Source of the DNA: Paraphysomonas bandaiensis
Lineage: Eukaryota; Protista; Chrysophyceae
Reading direction: 5' to 3'
Length of the DNA: 29,595 nucleotides
Assembly (NCBI GenBank): GCA_965644295.1
Contig: CBFFRP010000112.1
Span: forward strand, 1 to 29,595
Below are positions 20,336 to 29,595 of the stretch, one piece after another. Position 1 is the first letter of the stretch; every line of letters begins with the position of its first letter. The position numbers and the translations under genes are program-made. The notes beneath the pieces are model-generated. The model worked only from the letters and a program-made list of their open reading frames with translations. It did not search any database and was not told where the DNA came from.

Positions 20336-21511
20336 GGATGACAGATTGGCCAACGACATTGCTACTACGAATGCTAAGTAGCCCAATTTATGGTATTGTC
20401 ATTACTAGTCTGTGTCTTTTAATTTATAGTTTGTATACACTCCTGATGATCTTTTATGCCCAGGCCGAGTTATTATTAGCTATACTTAGGAGTAAAGATT
20501 GCAATAAAATTGTTCTCAAAACTTTAATAGTTGCTTCTTCTATCTTAGATATATCCCTATAAGCCATCAGCTATAGTAGATCTCAAATACTAAAATTTAT
20601 TAGTATATACGTATGAAGCATCGAGGCACTCCTATACACCACTATCTGTATACGATACAAGAGAATGAACTTTTATTGATGAGAGAAGAATGTTCTAATC
20701 TTTACAGGTGTGTTTCATTCCGTCAAAAAAAGAGAAAGATAAGTTTTCACTAAAGGAACATAGAAAAGGGTATTATATTGTACTTCTGCGGATGAATAGT
20801 GTACTTGTCACTGGAAGAATGCGTACGTGATCGTATCCCCAGTACTTGAATGGTATGTGCGTGGAAAGAGGCTTTGAAACTACACAGGACTTGGCCACAA
20901 GAAAGCCACTCAGTTCACATTTGAATGCAAAGATAATATATGTGGTGTATTGCATGTATTTTATACAATAATATCTTCATTTAGTAATTGATGGCTAGAC
21001 TATATATGCCCCCAAGTTTGTTTAAAATGGTTTTTTTCGATAACTAGTCGATATATATGATGACCGAACCTGGGAAAGTGATTTCACCAGGAAAATATAT
21101 ATATATATTTAGAGAGAGAAAAGTGTCAAATGCAGTAAACATTATGCAGTCGTTGGATTATCTTTACCCACGTTTTAAGGAGTATTTGTGGAGTATTTGT
21201 ATGTTTATGTTACGTACATGTGGTATTCTTTGGGCATGTAAGTATTATGAAAAACATACTACTAAAATTTTGCATCAGCGTAACTATGGATTAAGATACA
21301 ACATACTGTGCTACTTCATGATAGATGAAGCACAGTATAATTTATAGCTCCTGACGACATTCCAAAGTGTACATGAAGACTTTTTCAGTCATGTAATGTG
21401 AATACCATAAACACCTCTTTTATGTGGTATTACTAAATAAGCACGTGCAATATACAACAGCTACTACAGGCGACGTCTACCCCTAGAACCCCCCATAAAC
21501 ACTAGAACTTC

Positions 21512-21621
21512 GGAGCGATGCACAAGTAGTCCCGAGACGGTTGCTCCATCACTAGTATAATATAGCAAAACAAGTTAATAAGTTTATAGAATAAAACAAG
21601 ATTCTAGTCCCAACCACTCTC
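21512..21621 (+). repeat. Family B repeat, copy 2
   Basis: GATGCACAAG.AGTCC.GAGACGG.TGC...CACTAGTA...CAACC.CTCTC shared with 10161-10272. Confidence 0.75.
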
Positions 21622-21761
21622 ATGTAATAATCAGATATTCTTATACGAATATATATTCGTATTATTTACGAAACGGATAAGTCAAAGCCATAAAATATAG
21701 CTTTTCATTGCTACAGCTAAAAAGTAGTATGAATAGGTTGGATAATATTACTCATTTAGTT

Positions 21762-22021
21762 CCCTTAACAAAGTCGGACTCGCACCTTTTCGTGGTATTC
21801 TGGAGGATAAGTACCGGGGATATTTCTCCGGGAAACTAACGTGAGCCGCATATATATATAGTCAGCAGAAGTACATTTGTGTGGTACAAGGTGCACTAAT
21901 ATAATTAAGTATCATTTCTTGTTTCGACGTCTTTGGACCTTGACTATTAAACAGGTATCCGGGAATGGGCTCACCTCAAGGTTAAACGGGGTATTTGGCT
22001 GCCTGTTGAAGTCAAACATCC
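21762..22021 (+). repeat. Dispersed repeat family A, copy 2
   Basis: Closely similar to 28862-29135, e.g. identical CCGGGAATGGGCTCACCTCAAGGTTAAACGGGGTATT. Confidence 0.88.
21779..21845 (+). ncRNA. Candidate HDV-like ribozyme core (probably decayed)
   Basis: P2 CTCGC/GTGAG, P3 ACC/GGT around L3 TTTTCGT, GG, P4 hairpin CCGGGGA-TATT-TCTCCGG, and J4/2 CTAA. The P1 5' strand was not clearly found. Confidence 0.4.
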
Positions 22022-22276
22022 AGCTAATAATAGTAAGTGTGCATGTACAAGGTACAGACATCCGTAGGAAAGTAGGAAAACAATGTCATTTCATGCCTTG
22101 AAAATCCATAATATTCTCATGATTCATCGAATTTTATATTTAATTAGATATAGTTATTCAGCAAAACAGCTAAATAACTATATGCCATTTTGATTCAAAT
22201 TGAATGACAAGTCTTCAACTTTATACTACAATTACACTATTCCACCGAAAATAATATATACACGTAAAAAAGAGGA

Positions 22277-23532
22277 CTACTCATAATGAATTGTCGTTAG
22301 ACCCTTCGTTATAGTTGCACCTTCTAAAGGTGTGATAATGGCAGGTGACAATCCCAGCTCTTCGCTGTGTTCGCGATCTTTCTCACACATTTTAAGGGGA
22401 TCCCAGTACTCCCGCTCAAGGCGTTTAGTCTCAAAGAACTGCGCTTTCTTCTGTTCATACGAGATAGCATCAAACGATGGCCGGTACTTATCTTGTGAAT
22501 CAAAAAACTGAGAACAAAACCGACAAATATCGACACCTTCGTAGCACCGCGGAACCTGGGCCAACCTCTCGTCGTCCTTGTCCCACCAACCCCCCTTACC
22601 TCCTGACCACTTCTTGCGGATATCTATTATCGCCTTAACAGGAATTTTCATAGTGAGATTGACATAGGAGTATGGCTGCAAACAGCACGCGCACTGGGTC
22701 TTTTTTTTCATTTTTAAACTCTCTTCTAGATGAGCCTTCTGTAAATCAGTGGTTTGAAAGCGGCGCAACTCACGCTGTTGTTCTAGTTCTAGAGTCATTG
22801 TGCACCGCAAATTCTCTTTAAGATTCGCAATATCGCGATGTATGGATCGAAAACGAATGGGCTCAGGGATCCAGTTCTCAGAAGATTGCTTCCCTTGCTT
22901 GGCCAAACTCATACTAGGTCGATATTTACTCCGTTCCACACTGGATGTTTCCCGTGCCGTTGTCATAGAATATTTACCCACTATTTGCCCTCCTTTTGAT
23001 TTAAGCTTCAGAAGGGCTTGTGCATTTGATTCGGTTGACGTGCGCGGCAAATCGTCAGTTGCATCATCTTCGACAGAAGGACATGCAGTCCCTACTGGAG
23101 GAAGAGGTACAGTTTTTTCACGAGGTCTCTCAGCCAATCCACCAACAATAACATCTGCCGGGGTGCGCCTTCTAATAGCTGCATCATTCATTAGTACTCC
23201 AGTTATGTGCTCTATAACAGGCTTATGCTTGTCTTCGTTGATCATATCAGGCAAATGAAGCTTCAGTGCGATATCAATCCACGATATACTCGATGCAGCC
23301 TAATCGCCATGTAACGGACCATCCAATAAATAAATAGTCATACCTCACTAGGGCGTGATGACCATTCATCGCGAAAAGCGCTCAATGTGTTAATCATTTT
23401 CTTGTTCATGAGGAACTCTTCAACGACAAGATAGCAGAAGGTGGTCATGTGGTCGACAGTCTCGTCTCCCTTCATCATGCCGAGACCAGCCCGCAGCTCA
23501 TCCATGTTAACAGAAGAATCACGACTCGTCAT
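22277..23532 (-). CDS. Uncharacterised protein (~403 aa) with an N-terminal LisH-like motif and a C-terminal CxxC...CxxC module; exons 23532-23344 and 23299-22277
   Basis: YLVVEEFLMNKKMINTLSAFRDE is LisH-like; CACC and CRFC are potential Zn ligands. 44-nt GT-AG intron 23300-23343 joins the ORFs in frame. Confidence 0.75.
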
Positions 23533-23637
23533 CTTCCTTCGTATTTTATGCTGTGAACATGCGAGTGGAGTTGCAGGTCCTCGTATCTCATCGTCAGCTC
23601 ATGTCACTCCCGCTCTCAAGGAGGGTAACGTCTCGCT

Positions 23638-23704
23638 AACTACACAGAACTACACTGAACTACACTGAACTACACTGAACTCCACTGAACTCCACTGAAC
23701 TACA
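23638..23704. repeat. 10-bp tandem repeat (AACTACACTG) x ~6.7
   Basis: Directly visible, with variants AACTACACAG and AACTCCACTG. Lies between the divergent LisH-gene and ADH5 starts. Confidence 0.92.
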
Positions 23705-24155
23705 GGACACAGCAGTTTCTTCCTTATCATCAAAATACGGTTGTATATATGCTGTATTTCACTCGGTGGAGCCAGCGTGTGCCTCTCTCTCTATATGTAC
23801 GGTATATACAGAGAGAATCACTCCAATGCATGTGCAGTATAGCCATAATCCGCTGACCTGGATAACACACAAGGTCATATATGGCCTCACTGGTCATTTC
23901 ACAGTGCTAATGTTCTGACATATGCAAAGCTAGAACAGATGATCGCTACGAACCATAAACGGCAGTGATCACTATCTGCTGATGATGCTGTCGACATGAG
24001 AATATTCTTGAATCCTTCTTTGATGGTTCATGTTACTTGACGCATAATAGATTCTCTCTTCACATAAATGTTGTCATATCACTACTGGATATTGCGATCC
24101 ACGTCTGCATTGCATTAATTCAGAATTGTGGAAGAGTTCGAGCACATTACTGTAA

Positions 24156-25618
<1,463 letters not shown>

Positions 25619-26899
25619 TGAGCAAATAATTTATGACTATAAATTTACACTTAAACCTCTTATTTGAATGCATACTAGATTTTTAGCGCTGGGTCAAGTA
25701 TAAGCGATTTACTGAATATATATGTCACACTGAATTGTACTCTTCAATCTCATACTTAGCACCAAGTTTAGCGTCCAACTATATACAGGACAAATTAAGT
25801 ATTTTTTGTACTAATGATGTCTACTTTAAATACATATATATATCTGAAAAGCTAGTAAGTGAAACATTGTGCCTATAGATGTTTCAATTCTTTGAACCTT
25901 CCATAAAACGGTTGTTATTTGAATATTCTTGTCAAAAATGAGGTTCGCCTCACGTGGAGACCGAGCATATCCCGTAGAATTCATATAGTGCTCGGAAGAT
26001 TCCGACCATTATGATAACATGTACCTTTTTGAAGCACCGAAATACCGTGCATGATTAAATGGAAAGGAATCATGGTTGCAACGAGAAATGTATATTATTA
26101 CTATTGATTTGATGCCTCATACGGAGTTCATATCTATTTCCTTGGACACATTGCAATTGTACTGACATTATGGTGCATCAACACCCCAATGCTAGCAAAA
26201 TCAACAATCAGCTATACAACAAGTGCATACCCGGTCATCATGTAAATTATCCATCAACTGTGGTTAGTACATGTGATCAGTTTGCGTTAAAGGATAAAAA
26301 GAGTACCACCAAAGCAGTCAACTGAAGACCATTCAAAGAGCTTCACGGAGGCCGTTCTTACCCCGTCGAAACTTGCCTAAAACCCGGTACAGCTTTTGGG
26401 AGATTCCGGATGATTTCCTCTTTATGGACAGGCCCCCCATCCTGACAGAACGGAAAGGAGAGGCAACCTATCCGGTGCACTTTCCAAGTGGTTCAGTGTC
26501 TCCAAACAATATCTGAGTGATATCCAGATACCTCTCCGTGTGGACATGCTGCTGTTTGCAGTACAGTAACTGTAACGGTACATCTAGATGCTGATTGGAT
26601 GGTATCATGTATTTGAGTGTATTCTTATGTATACCGTTAGAATTTGATCGTAGATACGGTCCATCTCGCATACTGTACAACAGAGTACAGTGCTGGAGTA
26701 CCATGCTGGTGCCGGTATACATACATATACAGCATACAGCCCTGTGAAGGAGTATCCAGTGAGCAGAGCATGTCTGAGGAGTCCGATTGAAGGAGCAGCA
26801 TAAGGGTGCAGTGCAGAGATAGCTATTGCATCTATGAGGATATATTGAAGGCAGCCACGCATAGCACAGCACGCAGTCCCCCTCTACCTGCACTGCACG

Positions 26900-27764
26900 A
26901 TGGGGTCAGGGTCCTCCTCTTCAGTTCAAATGGATTTTGAAACGTTTAGTGCCCTGAAGGCTACTTATGAATCCTTACCAAAAGACACAGAGAATGAAGT
27001 TGCTCTCAAAGTGCTTCAAGAGGTCAGTGTGTTGATGTCTTATGAGTAACAGTAACAGCAGTGCTCTTCTCAGACATACGACACGAATATCAACTTCACT
27101 GAGAAACAAGTCAGCAGTGATATACAGCAAGTATATCAAGAGAATGCTAATGATGAAGCTTCAAAGATGAAAAGAAACGCTTTATTTTTGTGTGCATGTG
27201 GTGCATATAACAAAGATACAACAAGTGCTACGGCAAATCTGTCGACAGCCAAAGCCCTAATGAATAATGGGGTTGATGTCAACTACAAGGATGAGGATGG
27301 GTGGACTGCACTTTTTCATGCAGCTGGCGAAGGTCACCTCTCGGTGGTAGAGTGGTTGACGTCCGAAGAGTGCGGAGCACAGGTGGATATACACGATACA
27401 GAGAACTGTACCCCACTCTGGGTGGCGGCTTTTAATGGACGAAGGAATGTGGTTCAGGTGCATATGCTGGGTTATAGTTTGAGTATGCTTATTGGTGATA
27501 TATATGTAGTACTTACTGCGGATTGGGGCCGATGAAAGAGTCCGAGCGAAACCTGCTGGCGAACCTGTTCAGACACCTTCGCTAGCAGCTCGACGAAACC
27601 GTCACCCTGGAATTGCCGATCTCATTGATGCAGAAACGCAACTGCGTGCATCAGATGAAAACAGGAGGAAAAGGCAAATCGCACGTGAGATGGATGCTGC
27701 TGAGTTCAAAGCAAGTATGCGGGAAGTTATCAGCGAGACAGAAAATATGGAAATTGTAATATAG
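26900..27764 (+). CDS. Ankyrin-repeat protein (~253 aa) with N-terminal MGSGSS; exons 26900-27022, 27074-27457, 27510-27764
   Basis: GWTALFHAAGEGHLSVVEWL and TPLWVAAFNGRRNVVQYLLRIGAD ankyrin repeats. GT-AG introns of 51 and 52 nt keep the frame. Confidence 0.85.
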
Positions 27765-28861
27765 CCGAAGAGTGTTTATGTGAATTTGTAACTATGTAAA
27801 TGACATCTTTTGATATATATGTGGCCAATGATTGTGAAGTTCCTGGTAGAATACTATATGTTTCCATGAATGGTCACTGACATTTTAGATGGTACTTTTT
27901 ACACGAATCTCACACCATGCAAGAGGAGTTTTTTTGATTCAACAAATAATACTAGCATATATATTCATGAAGTAGTATAATACAATTGAAACGTCTAACA
28001 GTTTTACTGATGATTCACAGCTCGGTCTATAGGCGAACGCTCACACACTCATCCTAGTTAGTTCATTGATATTTATGATCTTGAAAAAGGCACACTATGA
28101 GTTATCAGCATCATATTTCCAGGTACTAAAGAATAACTTGCATTATTACAGTGAGCAAACTCAAATCGATGTTAATGAATACAGTCTCATTCAATACAAT
28201 GTCAAACCTGTATGTTAATTTATCAGCACCTTTTAGATTCAGTCAGATAATGTTGCCAAAAATTAAGATATAACATGGTACATGGTTGTGAATCAAAATG
28301 TTCTGACGTGATAGGCAGCACGCTTCTACTTCCCATTCTAATATCGTTTCATCTATATATCCTAAACTGACATTTGAGGGATAGTGTAAATTAAACAACT
28401 AAACGTTGAACTCACTCAATAATAAATTATTATAATATTATTGTAATCGATATCTCTCATCATTCACTGTCATTTGCTATGTTTATAGTTTTAGTACTAC
28501 CAATTAATATATATATATTATCAGATCTTAGATAAACACGACCTTATCTTATAAAGTCTATATATATATCCCCTTCAATTTCTGACTTCTGTATTACTCA
28601 AGTGACGGATATAATTCAAAACCCTTAAATATAGCCTTAAATTGTTTACAAATAAGGAGAACTTAACAATGTAGAATACCCTGTACTGTGCAGACATGAT
28701 ACTTTAGATTCTTGTTTCTAATCTAAGAGTTCAAGTACATTTTAATATTACAGAGTACAATGTATTTTTGTATCATTAAGAAAAATGGTTGCAGTGTGCA
28801 TCGTAGAGGGACGAAAACCATTGTTACTCCTGGTGAGGCGTCATATTTTGCTTCTTTTGGA

Positions 28862-29230
28862 CCCTCAACAAAGTCGGACTTGCATCTTTTCGTGGTGTTC
28901 GGGGGAATAAGTACCGGAGATATTTCTCCAGGAAACTAAAACGTGTGCCGCATAAGTGTAGTCAGCAGATGTTGTTCTGCCCACTCATAGCCGAATGCTT
29001 GTGTGGTACAGGGGACATTATAGGTATCATTTCTTGTTTCGATGTCTTTGAGCCCTGACGAATAAACAGGCACCCGGGAATGGGCTCACCTCAAGGTTAA
29101 ACGGGGTATTGGGCTGCCTGATGAAGTTAAGCATCCGGGATGTTCACCTTAAGGACTCAACAACCCTGAAGTCAGCAGATGTCAGGTATATCAACATTCT
29201 GCTTGTGCTCACTCTGTTGCTTTGAGTGAT
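28862..29230 (+). repeat. Dispersed repeat family A, copy 3 (most complete)
   Basis: Contains all blocks seen in copies 1 and 2. Confidence 0.88.
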
Positions 29231-29595
29231 TTATTGATGCCAAGCGTACGAGTTCATATTATTCGGTATCTGTGTGGCCTATGACCTTTAGGTATTGATT
29301 CAAACTTTCCTCATGGATGTATGGCAATGGCAATATATGATTAGACGTGTTATGTCTACTGCCTAGCCTTGTGGTTTCTCCTGCCCCACAGGTCATTGAC
29401 TCTGTTCTCCAAGCAGTAGTGTCAGAGGTATGTTATGGTGCTTTTATGTTAGATGCATGTGCTGAACGAGTGCACACAATATGAATGGAGGCAACAGATT
29501 GGAGTCAGCTTGAAGTTGAAACAGATATAATATATATATATAGGTAGATGTCTGTTTCATCGTCATCAGTGTGCAAAATTGCACCAGTAAGACCG

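Noticed and set aside
20773-21347. Short ORFs in AT-rich intergenic DNA
   Set aside because: No motifs, splice structure or coding-like composition that I can support.
23638-23704. Possible CRISPR-like array
   Set aside because: Head-to-tail 10-bp units with no spacers, in a eukaryotic context; a simple minisatellite.
28808-28842. GACGAAA...CTGGTGA hammerhead-like arrangement
   Set aside because: The core deviates from CUGANGA and there is no room for stem I.
29110-29190. CTGATGA as a hammerhead ribozyme core
   Set aside because: No stem II followed by GAAA, and the motif is not kept in the other family A copies.

Overview
AT-rich eukaryotic genomic DNA with short (44-61 nt) GT-AG introns; a stramenopile-like protist is my best guess, by inference only. 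The first 8.2 kb is a nested insertion. An intact Ty3/Gypsy chromovirus (identical 264-bp LTRs, 4-bp TSD, single 1612-aa gag-pol ORF) sits inside a non-autonomous pogo/Tigger-like DNA transposon (24-bp TIRs, TA TSD, PIP-box transposase tail). That transposon in turn sits inside a long (TACA)n microsatellite between two divergent genes. Host genes in the rest of the window: a small RRM-like protein, exportin-1 (XPO1/CRM1), an intronless class V PLP enzyme (EgtE-like), an acyl-CoA oxidase-like protein, a LisH/zinc-finger protein, class III alcohol dehydrogenase (ADH5/GSNOR) and an N-myristoylation-motif ankyrin protein. Intergenic DNA holds a three-level nest of hAT derivatives (15.3-16.3 kb), three copies of a dispersed repeat whose 5' part resembles an HDV-like ribozyme, a second short repeat (one copy with a 14-bp TSD), and a GC-rich structured segment ending in telomere-type repeats. 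All calls were made by eye, without database searches or folding software.
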